Assembly (NCBI GenBank): GCA_965222075.1
Contig: OZ244937.1
Span: 1,152,001 to 1,216,000, forward strand
Reading direction: 5' to 3'
DNA length: 64,000 nt
Origin: Candidatus Latescibacterota bacterium
GTDB taxonomy: Bacteria; Latescibacterota; UBA2968; GCA-2709665
Positions 9,901-18,606 of this stretch are shown here, piece by piece. Made by a program: the position numbers and the translations under genes. The notes below the pieces were generated by a model. It was not told where the DNA came from, searched no databases, and was given only the letters and a program-made list of their open reading frames with translations. Position 1 is the stretch's first letter. The number at the start of each line of letters is the position of its first letter.

Positions 9901-10978
9901 GGCTTTCCCAGGGGAGGTCGTAGCCGGGGATGCGGAGGTTGCCCACACAGTAGGCGGCGGTTCCGGCAACGACGAGGGCGCCCCTGCCGGCGGCGTGTAC
10001 GTCGCGGATGCGGCCGCCGGTGCCGGTTTCGGCGCCGGGGAAGGGGGCCACGCCGGAGGGGAAGTTGTGGGTTTCGGCGGTAAAGATGATGTGATAGTCC
10101 GGATTTGCTTCCGCAAAAGGAGAGGGTTCGCCCGGGCATGCCGGGACGATGGTTTTAATGGCGTAGCCCCGGATGGCGCTGGCGTTGTCTTTAAAGGCGC
10201 TGGCGCTGTTGTTCGGGTTCGCTTTGAGGGGCTCCTGGATGAGGGCAAAAAGGTGCTTGGGTACCTCCTGGCCGTCGATGACCAGCCGGCCCTTGAAGAA
10301 CCAGTGGCGGGAATGTTCGCTGTTGGACTGGGCGATGTCGAAGCATTCGACGCTGGTGGGGTTGCGGAGGATGGTGTCCAGGAAGAGGTCGGTGTAGTAG
10401 TTCAGGTCCCACTCGTCGAAGGCCAGCCCCATTTCCCGGTTGATCCGCTCAAGGGCCGCCCTGCCTTCCTGGATGAGGGGGACCTGGGTGACCGGTTCGG
10501 GTTCAAGGCCGGTTTCGAAGGTGGTGAGGGGTTCAGGGTAAGGGCACTCGGTCATGCGGTCGTGGACCAGGTCCAGAAATGCGGTCTGTTGTGCCCGGTT
10601 CAGGGCAGGCGCGATCAGGTAGCGCTTAGAACGCTCGATGCGGACGATGCAGTCCAGGCCGCAGGCGCGGCAGACGGAGACGGCGTTGGTGGACCAGGCG
10701 GTGGTGAAGTTCATCCGGGGGCCGACTTCGAGGAGGGCGCCCTCTGTCTTGAGGAAGGATTCCGGCCCGAACCGGTGGGGTTCAAAGGTTTCGCTCAGCA
10801 GCCAGGTGAGGACCTTCTCCTGTTCCGGGGTCAGCGCGCTCTGGGTCTGGATGTTGAAGCAGTATTCGGTTTCGATGCTGTGGATGTCGGCGGAGACGCG
10901 TTCCACCGCGTCCTGGAGGAGGGTGCGCTTCTGGACGGGGGAAAGCCCGGGCGTGCGGTAGAGATGGTGCAGGCTCAT
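6965..10978 (-). CDS. purL: Phosphoribosylformylglycinamidine synthase, large single-chain type
   Basis: QSNSEHSRH, AETHNFP, HDQGAGG, HDRSDGG, GVCNGCQ, MMPHPER; contains an in-frame palindrome-derived insert. Confidence 0.97.
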   Translation of the reverse strand: MSLHHLYRTPGLSPVQKRTLLQDAVERVSADIHSIETEYCFNIQTQSALTPEQEKVLTWLLSETFEPHRFGPESFLKTEGALLEVGPRMNFTTAWSTNAVSVCRACGLDCIVRIERSKRYLIAPALNRAQQTAFLDLVHDRMTECPYPEPLTTFETGLEPEPVTQVPLIQEGRAALERINREMGLAFDEWDLNYYTDLFLDTILRNPTSVECFDIAQSNSEHSRHWFFKGRLVIDGQEVPKHLFALIQEPLKANPNNSASAFKDNASAIRGYAIKTIVPACPGEPSPFAEANPDYHIIFTAETHNFPSGVAPFPGAETGTGGRIRDVHAAGRGALVVAGTAAYCVGNLRIPGYDLPWESPDFLYPDNLASPLRIEIEASNGASDYGNKFGEPVIQGYTRAFGLRLPGGERREWIKPIMFSGGIGQIDARHVEKGSPQKEMWVAKIGGPAYRIGMGGGAASSMVQGKNIAELDFNAVQRGDAEMEQKANRVIRACIELGDGNPIVSIHDQGAGGNCNVLKEIVAPQGARINVRAIPVGDNTLSVLEIWGAEYQEQDALLLRPERADRFKALCEREKVPVAFVGRVTGDGKVVLYDEHDNSTPVNLDLDRVLGDMPQKTFELERIPTVLQPLALPEGLSFKAALERVLRLLSVGSKRFLTSKVDRSVTGLIAQQQCAGPLQLTVADVAVIAQSHFGLTGAATAIGEQPIVGLVNPAAMARMGVGEALTNLVWAQVSALEDVKCSGNWMWAAKLPGEGAALYTAAVALREVLIRLGIAIDGGKDSLSMAAIAPDGPGGEETVKAPGALVISAYVTCPDITRTVTPDLKHPGSGRILYIDLGGGKHRLGGSTLAQVFEQIGNDAPDVDDPNLLKRAFNAVQTLIAEDAITAGHDRSDGGLITALLEMAFAGNCGVEVDLNACLRGAPRCRQAGDTHLSADEAGDPFPVLFAEELGLLLEVSPENEPRVLEAFRRADVPCLAIGAATADKTVRIRLNGQPVLEANVKDLRDLWEETSYRLDRLQANPDCVDQERTGLRKRTGPQYSLPFTPEPTPPTRLASKNKPRIAILREEGSNGDREMTSAFYAAGFEPWDVAMSDLLAATIGLDAFQGVAFVGGFSYADVLDSAKGWAGAIRFNPTLWKQFQDFYNRPDTFSLGVCNGCQLMALLGWVPWQGIAHRVQPRFIQNTSGRFESRFTTVQIRKSPAVMLQGMEGATLGIWVAHGEGRAFFSDQDILNKVKARNLAPIRYVDDNGRITGIYPFNPNGSPDGIAALCSPDGRHLAMMPHPERTFLKWQWGFMPQNWRRDLNASPWLTMFQNARAWCEQIQPDITKEVTRGKTG
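8161..8185. repeat. Short palindromic element inside purL
   Basis: Minus strand CACCTGTCTGCCGACGAGGCAGGCG, encoding HLSADEAG. Confidence 0.7.
8196..8230 (-). repeat. 35-bp palindromic element type A, in-frame in purL
   Basis: Exact reverse complement of 3661-3695; encodes ACLRGAPRCRQA. Confidence 0.95.
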
Positions 10979-11038
10979 GGGACCTCGGTTTGGCCAGGCG
11001 GAGGTTTTCTGTAGACGACTCCCGACGCGCGATACCAG

Positions 11039-11067
11039 AATATGGATGGGGTATGGTTCGATGTCAA
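11039..11067 (-). promoter_or_regulatory. sigma70-like promoter of purL
   Basis: Minus strand TTGACA-N17-CATATT. Confidence 0.6.
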
Positions 11068-11115
11068 CCGTTTTCGTAACGGCAATAAAGCGAATTCACC
11101 TGAAATACTCCGGGA

Positions 11116-13248
11116 TTACCCGACCGTGGTGATCTGTCGGGGGTGCCCCTCAACCGTGACGTGCAGCCGCACGCGATTGTCGGGCAACCGCTCGATGCGG
11201 TCAATCCAGGTGTTTTCAGGGGGTGTTTTTCCTTCAAAGGGCACGAACAGGGCGGCAAAGCCGCGTGAGGCCGTTTTCGGGTCCGCCTGATAGTGCAAAA
11301 GCCGGGTGGGTATGCCCGGTCCGCCGTAGGACAGCCATTTTTGCGCCTTCTCAGACGAGAGGCGCCAGTTTTTTTGTCCGAGGCATACGGAGAGATTGGT
11401 CCTGCCGGGCAGGCTGGTGTGTACGGCCCCACCGTCCTGGGAGATGCTGAGATCCTCCGTGGTAAAGTGGAAGTTTTCCCAGATCCGGCGGTTTTGAGGC
11501 AGGTCCTCAAATTCGTCCCAGACGATCCAGCAGCGCTGGTCGAGGAAAAGAACGTGTCGGCGTACGGTGATCGGGGGGATACCCTCCTCAACCGGGATCT
11601 GAATCTGTCCGATCGCGTAGTCCAGGTCCTGTTTGGTCTGCCAGTGCAGGATTTCCGGGTGCGGATCGTTCGGCAAGGGCTCTGCGCCGAGGGTGGGGCA
11701 GTTGTGCCACCAGCTTTGCCTGGCGATCTCCCGCTCGCCGGTGTAGTAATGGCCCACGCCGGGGTCGATGAGGACGTGCTCGCCGCCTGCCCAGATCTGG
11801 ATGGAGAGGGTGTCCGGATGGTGGTGGCCCCCATCCGGGCTGACGTTGAAGATGAGGTAGCGGGCGTTCCTGGACCAGCCGGAGCGCATGGCCACAAGCC
11901 GGGCGTCTGGCAGCAGGGACGAGCGCGTGTGCGGTTGGGTGCCTTCCCGGCCGTCTGTGGCCAGGTAGCGCCAGTCGTTGCGTTGAAAGGCGTCCGCTGC
12001 AAGACGCAGGAGACCGCGGGTCTCGACTGCGACCGTCCAGTCGTCGTTGATTCCGGGCGTGGAACGGATCGGGGTGGAGACCTGGACGAAGGCATTTACG
12101 GCGCGCCGGACCAGGGAGAGGAATCGGTCGGGCAGTTCATCCGCCCGTTTCCGGGCCAGGCAGATCATGGACATGGGGCGTCTGACGAAGGTCAGGTGGT
12201 AGGAGATCGACCGGTGGAGGTGGCAGCCGTCGTCAAGCAGCTCCCGCTGCATGCCCTCAAGCAGGTGGGGCCACATGCGGTGCAGCCAGGCGTCGCGCTC
12301 TTTGAGTTCGGGGAGCAGGGATGCCGTCAGGTAAAGTGCTTTGCCGGTTGCGCTGAGGAGGTTGTCTTTGTAGGCGGCTCGATCCAATTCGTGGAGACGC
12401 CGGGTGTGCGCCCGGATGGCCCTCAGGATGATCCCATGGAAGCGAGGGGAGAACCCGGGGCTGTCTGCCATCGCAAGGTAGCCCAGCACGAGGAATTTCA
12501 GCCGATTGGCAACATAACCGTAATGCGACCAGGCCACGTTGGAGGGGGTGTCGCAGACGTTGCCCGGCCCAAAGTCGTTGTGGCCTTCCGGCAGGCGCGG
12601 GCACTGGGCAATGAGCGCAAGGACCATCCCTGCCCATGCCCGGGCCCATCTGGGGTCGGGCCGGTGAAAATAGGCCAGGGCAGGATACATAAAGAGATAG
12701 GCGCTCTGGTGGGCGTTCTGGAAGACCCTGTCCCGGGGATGCTGAATCAACCAGTTGTAATCCGAATCCGGGTCCCTCCAAACGGGTTCCAGGGCCAGGA
12801 GCCTGATGTGCCCCTGAAGCAGCATTTCAGCGCGTTCAGATTGATAGGTACCATCCTGATCGTACAGCTCCCAGTCGTCCGTTTCAAACAGGAGTATTCG
12901 GAAATCGGTGTTGTGGAGGTGGGGCGCCAGGCGGTCCTGCCTGGCAATATATGACGCCCAGGCATCCTGAGCGGCCTTGCCACCCGCTTCGAAGCGGGTT
13001 TTCAGCGGCCGAAGGCCGGGGGCGTCCAGGTCGAGGAGAGCGTCCCAGTTCCGTTCACTGCCAGGCAGGAGGTCCCGCCAGTACCCGACCCGCTCCCGCC
13101 AGCGCATCTGCACCTCATCCGAGGCCCAGTCCTTTTCCCGATCGATCAGAAACCTGGCCCTTTGAAAGGGCGTTTTAAGCCCCAATTCCTTCAAAATGGG
13201 CTCCAGGCCGTCCAGTTCGGCACGAACCGCCTCCGCCGTCCAGTTCAT
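11116..13248 (-). CDS. Heparinase II/III family protein
   Basis: DGCHLHRSISYH, AMRSGW, GGHHHPDTLSI, LIDPGVGHY, WWHN. Confidence 0.85.
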   Translation of the reverse strand: MNWTAEAVRAELDGLEPILKELGLKTPFQRARFLIDREKDWASDEVQMRWRERVGYWRDLLPGSERNWDALLDLDAPGLRPLKTRFEAGGKAAQDAWASYIARQDRLAPHLHNTDFRILLFETDDWELYDQDGTYQSERAEMLLQGHIRLLALEPVWRDPDSDYNWLIQHPRDRVFQNAHQSAYLFMYPALAYFHRPDPRWARAWAGMVLALIAQCPRLPEGHNDFGPGNVCDTPSNVAWSHYGYVANRLKFLVLGYLAMADSPGFSPRFHGIILRAIRAHTRRLHELDRAAYKDNLLSATGKALYLTASLLPELKERDAWLHRMWPHLLEGMQRELLDDGCHLHRSISYHLTFVRRPMSMICLARKRADELPDRFLSLVRRAVNAFVQVSTPIRSTPGINDDWTVAVETRGLLRLAADAFQRNDWRYLATDGREGTQPHTRSSLLPDARLVAMRSGWSRNARYLIFNVSPDGGHHHPDTLSIQIWAGGEHVLIDPGVGHYYTGEREIARQSWWHNCPTLGAEPLPNDPHPEILHWQTKQDLDYAIGQIQIPVEEGIPPITVRRHVLFLDQRCWIVWDEFEDLPQNRRIWENFHFTTEDLSISQDGGAVHTSLPGRTNLSVCLGQKNWRLSSEKAQKWLSYGGPGIPTRLLHYQADPKTASRGFAALFVPFEGKTPPENTWIDRIERLPDNRVRLHVTVEGHPRQITTVG

Positions 13249-13272
13249 CTGTTTGCTCCTTTTTTTGTAAGG

Positions 13273-13473
13273 TTAAGACACATCACCGTCGGGGTCTCCA
13301 TATTCCAGGGGAGCGTCGTCTTCGGGATACTCAAAAACCCATCCACAAGGGCATATCGGACCGTCACCCTCCCGCTTTTGGCCGCACTCCGGACACTTTT
13401 CGACCGATTGGAAGAGAACCCTGGACACCAGGACGATGAGGAGCGCACCGACAATGAGGAGCGTATAGAGCAT
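13273..13473 (-). CDS. Small membrane-anchored zinc-ribbon protein
   Basis: N-terminal TM helix then CPECG...CPCG. Confidence 0.7.
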   Translation of the reverse strand: MLYTLLIVGALLIVLVSRVLFQSVEKCPECGQKREGDGPICPCGWVFEYPEDDAPLEYGDPDGDVS

Positions 13474-13500
13474 CGGTCAAATTTTCTATCCCGAAAAGCC

Positions 13501-13528
13501 AACAGGCGGGGCAGGTGCCCCGCCTGTT
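13501..13528. terminator. Hairpin, probable terminator
   Basis: AACAGGCGGGGC-AGGT-GCCCCGCCTGTT just past the stop of 13550-13753. Confidence 0.65.
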
Positions 13529-13549
13529 CTTTTCCCACCCTATGCATGC

Positions 13550-13753
13550 TTAAGATGCTGCCCCGTTCTGAACCTCTGAGCCTTCGTGAACCTGGGTAGG
13601 GGGCAGTGCTTCATTGTGGATCGCCTCTCTTGCATCGCCCATAAAACAGGCAATCCGATCCTGAAGCGTTTGCGCCTCCTGTACAAACTGGTCCAGTGCC
13701 TCGACCAGGTCGTCAAAGTCGAGGTTGGGGGTAGAATCGGTGCGATACGCCAT
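13550..13753 (-). CDS. Small hypothetical helical protein (67 aa)
   Basis: RBS GAAGGGAG before ATG 13753; own promoter and downstream hairpin. Confidence 0.65.
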   Translation of the reverse strand: MAYRTDSTPNLDFDDLVEALDQFVQEAQTLQDRIACFMGDAREAIHNEALPPTQVHEGSEVQNGAAS

Positions 13754-13848
13754 GATCGCTACTCCCTTCTGTTTTGGGGGAGACAAGGAGGAGAGGAGAG
13801 TTGATATACAAACCTGTGCCAGACGGAGACTTGCCACACCGAAAACAA

Positions 13849-13877
13849 AATATAGGACAAGCCGGAGAGAGGGTCAA
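13849..13877 (-). promoter_or_regulatory. sigma70-like promoter
   Basis: Minus strand TTGACC-N17-TATATT. Confidence 0.6.
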
Positions 13878-13921
13878 GGGAGAAAAGAGGATGTTGAATA
13901 TACTGAACGAATGATCAGTAG

Positions 13922-14122
13922 TCAAGAGAAATTTTGTGGCGGCCGAGCTAACGTCCAGGATTTCACCAGAAGTTCCCGGATCTCGCTCTGGGTGGGCAGG
14001 GAGGGCTGGGCGCCCTGGCGAGTGACGGTGAGAGCGCCGGCACAATTGGCAAATGCAACGGCTTCTTCCAGGGGGGTACTCAGGGCACAGGCAAGGGCCC
14101 CGTTGAAAGCGTCTCCTGCGCT
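13922..14122 (-). pseudogene. rbsK: Ribokinase (PfkB family) C-terminal remnant
   Basis: Manual translation SAGDAFNGALACALSTPLEEAVAFANCAGALTVTRQGAQPSLPTQSEI; no start codon before the next upstream stop; absent from the ORF track. Confidence 0.85.
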
Positions 14123-14137
14123 CTGCGGGTTATTCTC

Positions 14138-14166
14138 TTGACTTGCTGGAGGTGTTTGCCTATTAT
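14138..14166 (+). promoter_or_regulatory. sigma70-like promoter upstream of bamD
   Basis: TTGACT-N17-TATTAT. Confidence 0.7.
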
Positions 14167-14238
14167 GGATACAAGAGGTCCTGAAATCCGGATGTCAGGC
14201 CGTTTGGGGGGGGGGTAGAGCGTTGGGGGGAGGGGAAG

Positions 14239-14270
14239 AACCGGACTCCCTCCGGTTGCCTTTTTATTTT
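14239..14270 (+). terminator. Terminator-like hairpin within the bamD leader
   Basis: AACCGGA-CTCCC-TCCGGTT then GCC and TTTTTATTTT. Confidence 0.5.
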
Positions 14271-14384
14271 GTGGGACAGCGGAACATTTCGGCTTTCGTA
14301 TCGTTAAAAAGAGACGGGCATTCGGCGATTTGCAAGATTTGGACAGGGCCTTGACCTTGTGATTATGACGGAATATGAGAGGGC

Positions 14385-15209
14385 ATGTTAAACCATAAGC
14401 TGGCGATTCTGTGGGGGCTCTGCCTGGTTGGGGTTTTGGGGTGCGGGCATGATAAGTACAGGCACCCGAGCGCAGAGCGCTATTACGAAGCAGGTAACAA
14501 GGCGTTGCTCAAGAGGAAATGCTGGCAGGCGCAACAGCTGTTTCAGAATCTGCTGTCGGATTTCCCCGGGTCCCATCTGGTAGACGATGCCCAGTACAGT
14601 CTGGGGCAGGCCTATTTTTGTTCTAAAGACTATGTGACGGCCATTTTTGAATACGAGCGATTGATCAATGAGTTTCCCACCAGCCCCTTTGTAGACGAAG
14701 CCCGCTACCAGATCGGGATCTGTTATTACAGGCAATCTCGAGGGATTCACCACGACCAGGATGACACGTGGAAGGCCATCAGGGAATTCAGGCGGTTTGC
14801 CGAGGATTTTCCAAACAGCGAACGGGTTTCAGACGCCGAAGAGCGGATCCAGGAGCTGCGCAATAAGCTGGCGGCCAAAAAGCTGATGGTTGCCAAAAGC
14901 TACCTGAAGTGGGAGAACCTGCCTTCGGTTGTACGCTATTGCGAAATTATCCTGAACGAGTTCGAGGATACGGATGTTGTGAATCGAGCGCGTTTTGTAC
15001 TCGCCCGGACACAGCACCGGATGGAAGCACCGGATAAGGCCGTAGAGGGTTTGAGGCTTCTGCTTGCGAGTGATATTCCGGACGATTTCAGACAAGAGGT
15101 TGAGGAAGAGATGGAGAAGGCGCTGGCATCGATTGCCAAACAGCAATCGGTTCGTCCGGCATCGACAGAAGCGCAGGAACCCGAACAAGGCCCGGTGGAT
15201 GGCAAGTGA
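14385..15209 (+). CDS. bamD: Outer membrane protein assembly factor BamD
   Basis: Lipobox VLGC, TPR repeats, YYRQSRGIHHDQDDTWKAI...FP.S. Confidence 0.9.
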   Translation: MLNHKLAILWGLCLVGVLGCGHDKYRHPSAERYYEAGNKALLKRKCWQAQQLFQNLLSDFPGSHLVDDAQYSLGQAYFCSKDYVTAIFEYERLINEFPTSPFVDEARYQIGICYYRQSRGIHHDQDDTWKAIREFRRFAEDFPNSERVSDAEERIQELRNKLAAKKLMVAKSYLKWENLPSVVRYCEIILNEFEDTDVVNRARFVLARTQHRMEAPDKAVEGLRLLLASDIPDDFRQEVEEEMEKALASIAKQQSVRPASTEAQEPEQGPVDGK

Positions 15210-15215
15210 GGGCGC

Positions 15216-15803
15216 ATGGGGCGCAGGATCGGTATTTTGGGGGGGACGTTCGATCCGGTTCACACGGGACACCTGATCATCGGACAGGAGGTTCTGCGCC
15301 GTCTGGGGCTGGAGCGGATGTTCTTTATGCCTTCCGCAGAGCCGCCGCACAAGCGGTATCCTGAGATGGCGCCCGTAGAAGCGCGTGCAGAGATGGTGGG
15401 GCTGGCCGTCGTGGATAATCCCACGTTTGCGTTGTCGCGGATTGAACTTGAGCGCCCGGGAACGTCTTATACGGTGGAGACCCTGAGGCGGTTGCGCCAG
15501 AGGCTGGGCGCGGGCGTGGATCTCTACCTGGTGCTTGGGGCAGATAATGCCGTGGAGATGCCCACGTGGTGCGATCCGGAAGGGGTGCTTGGGCTGGCGC
15601 AGGTTACGGTGGTGGATCGCCCTGAATTTGACCGGCGTCGAATCGCCCCTCAACTGGCCAGGCATATGACGTTCTTAGAGACGCCCCTCCTGGAAATCTC
15701 TTCTACGGATATTCGGGCCCGTGTGAAGGCCGGCCAACCCATTCGTTATCTGGTGCCGGAGCAGGTGGCCCGCTTTATCGAAACGCATGGACTTTATCGC
15801 TAA
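15216..15803 (+). CDS. nadD: Nicotinate-nucleotide adenylyltransferase
   Basis: GGTFDPVHTGH, PPHK, SYTVETL, ISSTDIR. Confidence 0.95.
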   Translation: MGRRIGILGGTFDPVHTGHLIIGQEVLRRLGLERMFFMPSAEPPHKRYPEMAPVEARAEMVGLAVVDNPTFALSRIELERPGTSYTVETLRRLRQRLGAGVDLYLVLGADNAVEMPTWCDPEGVLGLAQVTVVDRPEFDRRRIAPQLARHMTFLETPLLEISSTDIRARVKAGQPIRYLVPEQVARFIETHGLYR

Positions 15804-15812
15804 GAAGATCCT

Positions 15813-16079
15813 ATGGCTGAAGAGCGAAATGGGCAACCGGGTGGAACGGCCCAGTTAGGCGGAACGCCTGAGGGGCGTATTCAGCGCTATTTCTGTATCG
15901 ACGATGAGGAGTGCCGGGCGTTTTCCAGGGTGTCGAAAGAGGCCCGGGTGCTGCGGCGTATTCCCAAGCAGGTTTGGGTGATGGGCAAAGAGGTAAACGG
16001 TTGGATTGTGGAGATCATGGTGCCCGCAACAGATGGGGTTGTTCGGTTCTATCCCAGGGCGAAAGCTGAAAAGGACTGA
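15813..16079 (+). CDS. Hypothetical protein
   Basis: 88-aa ORF directly after nadD, followed by terminators. Confidence 0.6.
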   Translation: MAEERNGQPGGTAQLGGTPEGRIQRYFCIDDEECRAFSRVSKEARVLRRIPKQVWVMGKEVNGWIVEIMVPATDGVVRFYPRAKAEKD

Positions 16080-16108
16080 GCCAGGAGAACCCCACAGAAG
16101 CGTCTGGG

Positions 16109-16185
16109 CCGCTGCAGGTGTGACTGCAGCGGGTTTTTTTTGCCCCAGACGAGCTCTGACCAGAAAGTGGTCAGGGCCTTTTTTT
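16109..16185 (+). terminator. Two tandem Rho-independent terminators
   Basis: CCGCTGCAG-N6-CTGCAGCGG plus T run, and CTCTGACCA-GAAAG-TGGTCAGGG plus T run. Confidence 0.75.
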
Positions 16186-16346
16186 ATTCCGGCATTGAGC
16201 GGCCGGAGGCCTTCTGAATCTGAAATGGGTGTTCAGGTTCACAGGGGCGATTTGCAAACCCTTTTCAACTTTCCGGCCTCTGTGGAATTTTCTGGAATAT
16301 TCGTAAGGAGCTTAGAAATTTATAGTTGTGACAAATTGAACGGGGG

Positions 16347-16362
16347 TGGCACGGGGCTTGCA
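16347..16362 (+). promoter_or_regulatory. sigma54 (-24/-12) promoter of the LTD operon
   Basis: TGGCACG-GGGC-TTGCA, full consensus match, 38 bp before the start codon. Confidence 0.8.
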
Positions 16363-16400
16363 AGGCGACTCAGAATCAACCACCCGACCGGAGAGACGAC

Positions 16401-18605
16401 GTGAAGGGAAAGGTTGCCACAATGGGCATTTGGGCAGCGCTACAGGTTCTACAGGCCGGGGCGGATGGGACCGCCGAGCCGGACACGGTTGTGTTCGGGC
16501 CGGTGCGTGTGGGCACCGAGGCGGTGGATACGGTGCATATACGCAACACCGGAGCCGTGGACCTCCTGGTGGAGTCCGCCACACTGCCCGACACTGTGTA
16601 CACACTGCCCGCAGCGCCCTTTTCCGGGTCTCCGATTCTCCTGCACCCGGCCGATGTGTTAGACCTCCTGGTCCGATTCGCCCCACCCGATACCGGACGG
16701 TTTGCCGGACGCTTAGAGGTGGGGACAAACGGTGGGCCTGTGGGGGTGGACTTAGACGGCGAAGGGGCCTTCGAGGTGGTGGTGATCAATGAGATCCTGG
16801 CAGACCCGCCTTCCGGGGAGGCCGGGGACGCAAATGGGGACAGTATCCGGCACAGTAGCCAGGACGAGTTTGTGGAGTTGCTGAACATCGGACTGCGGTC
16901 TGTGGAACTGAGCGGGTGGCAGCTCAGCGACAAAGGGACGGATTCCGACAAGCGGTTCACCTTCCCGGCGGAGACCTGGATCGGGCCGGGGGAGCGGGTG
17001 GTGCTGTTTGGCGGGGGGGCGCCCGTGGAAATCGGAGGACAGGTTTTTACGGATGATGGCAAGCTCGGGAGCGGGTTGAGAAATTCCGGAGATGCCGTCT
17101 ATCTGATCGATCAGGCAGGCCCCGATACGGTGGCCCGGGCTACATACGGACCGGAGGGGGGTAAGGACCAGTCCCTGGTGCGTCATCCGGAGGGGAGGGG
17201 CGGATTCGTCCGGCACAGCTTCTTCCCGTCGAATGGGGCGCTTTTCTCTCCGGGGTTGCCCCGAATTATCCTCTCCGGCATCGAGATCCTGCCTTCGGAC
17301 ACATCGGTGGCGCTGGGAGAGACGTTCACCTTTGATGTCAAGGGGATCTTTGGAGATGGGGATGTGCGGACACTGGGGGACGAGGTGAGTTGGGAGGTAT
17401 CCGACACGACGGTTCTCGCGCTGGAAGGCAGGCACGCAGAGGCCAGGGGGTTGGGAGAGGTTAGCGTCACCGCGCTTGCCGGCGGACTGCGTTCACCGGA
17501 GGCCCGGGTAGAGGTGGTCGCCCCCGGGCTTGTCGGCCTGGTGCTTGCGCCTTCTGAGACGCTGGTGCTGGTTGGAGACTCGATTGTCTACGCTGTAGAG
17601 GGGGTCTACCCAGACAGCAGCCGGGAACGCATCGGCGGGGGGCTGGTCTGGACGGTGTCGGATTCCTCGGTGGCCCGCCCGGCGGGTGGAAACGGGGTGC
17701 TGGCCCTGGGGCCGGGGTCGACGGTGGTGTGGGCAGGCCTGGAGGCGCTGCTGGGGACGGCGTTACTGCGGGCTGCCGAGGTGGGAGATCTGAACGCCGA
17801 TGGGGCGCGTGATCTCTTAGACGCCCTCCATTCGGTTCACCTGATTTTAGACGCGTCGGCGACCCCTTTTGAACGGCGCGCGGCAGACCTGAACGGGGAC
17901 GGCGAGATCGATATTCTCGACCTGGCCAGGCTCATCGCATGGATTCTGGGAAAGCCCATCGCAAGCGCAAAGGCAGTGCCGCCGGGCATCGCCACATGGC
18001 GGATAGAGGGTGGCACAATCCTCAGCGTGGAGATCCCGGTGGCGCTGCGGGCGATCTCCTTAGAGGTAGAGGGGCCGGTCGAGGAGATGCACTTAGAGGA
18101 GGGGGGTGAGGCCGTGTTGACCCAACGACGTACGCCGCACGGGACGCTAAAAGCCCTGATCCATACCCTGTCCGAGAAGGGCATGCGGGGTCGGGATAGA
18201 ACGCTGCAAATCGGCCTGTCTTTGTCGGATGGGGGGCAGGTGGGGGACACTGTGGGCGTGGTGAGTATGCAGGGCGTCGACCTCTGGGGCGTCCGGGTGG
18301 GGTTTCAACAGGCCCCGGCCCTGCCGACGGCCTATGCCCTGAGCCAGAACCATCCCAACCCGTTCAACAGCGCCACGGTGATCGCCTACGACCTGCCGCA
18401 GGAGAGCCGGGTGGCGCTTCGGATCTTTTCCTGCCTCGGCCAGGAGGTGGCCCAACTGGTGGACGGACCGGTGCGCGCAGGCACCCACCGGGTACGCTGG
18501 GACGGCCAGGACCGAAGTGGCCGACGGGTCGCCAGCGGGGTCTATCTCGTCTGTCTGGAAGCGGACACCTACCGGGCCGTGGTGAAGATGGTCCTGTTGC
18601 GGTAA
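16401..18605 (+). CDS. Secreted multidomain protein: Ig-like (ASH-type), lamin-tail domain, 2x Ig-like, dockerin, C-terminal FlgD-Ig sorting-type domain
   Basis: VVINEILADP...DEFVELLN...LSGWQLSD (LTD); GDLNADGARDLLD...ADLNGDGEIDILD (dockerin); QNHPNPFN...WDGQDRSGRRVASGVY. Confidence 0.88.
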   Translation: MKGKVATMGIWAALQVLQAGADGTAEPDTVVFGPVRVGTEAVDTVHIRNTGAVDLLVESATLPDTVYTLPAAPFSGSPILLHPADVLDLLVRFAPPDTGRFAGRLEVGTNGGPVGVDLDGEGAFEVVVINEILADPPSGEAGDANGDSIRHSSQDEFVELLNIGLRSVELSGWQLSDKGTDSDKRFTFPAETWIGPGERVVLFGGGAPVEIGGQVFTDDGKLGSGLRNSGDAVYLIDQAGPDTVARATYGPEGGKDQSLVRHPEGRGGFVRHSFFPSNGALFSPGLPRIILSGIEILPSDTSVALGETFTFDVKGIFGDGDVRTLGDEVSWEVSDTTVLALEGRHAEARGLGEVSVTALAGGLRSPEARVEVVAPGLVGLVLAPSETLVLVGDSIVYAVEGVYPDSSRERIGGGLVWTVSDSSVARPAGGNGVLALGPGSTVVWAGLEALLGTALLRAAEVGDLNADGARDLLDALHSVHLILDASATPFERRAADLNGDGEIDILDLARLIAWILGKPIASAKAVPPGIATWRIEGGTILSVEIPVALRAISLEVEGPVEEMHLEEGGEAVLTQRRTPHGTLKALIHTLSEKGMRGRDRTLQIGLSLSDGGQVGDTVGVVSMQGVDLWGVRVGFQQAPALPTAYALSQNHPNPFNSATVIAYDLPQESRVALRIFSCLGQEVAQLVDGPVRAGTHRVRWDGQDRSGRRVASGVYLVCLEADTYRAVVKMVLLR

Positions 18606-18606
18606 G

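Noticed and set aside
9095-11014. Long antisense ORFs (also 4807-6060, 11293-12954, 41248-43329, 57093-58868)
   Set aside because: Shadows of well-supported genes in high-GC DNA, with no recognisable motifs.
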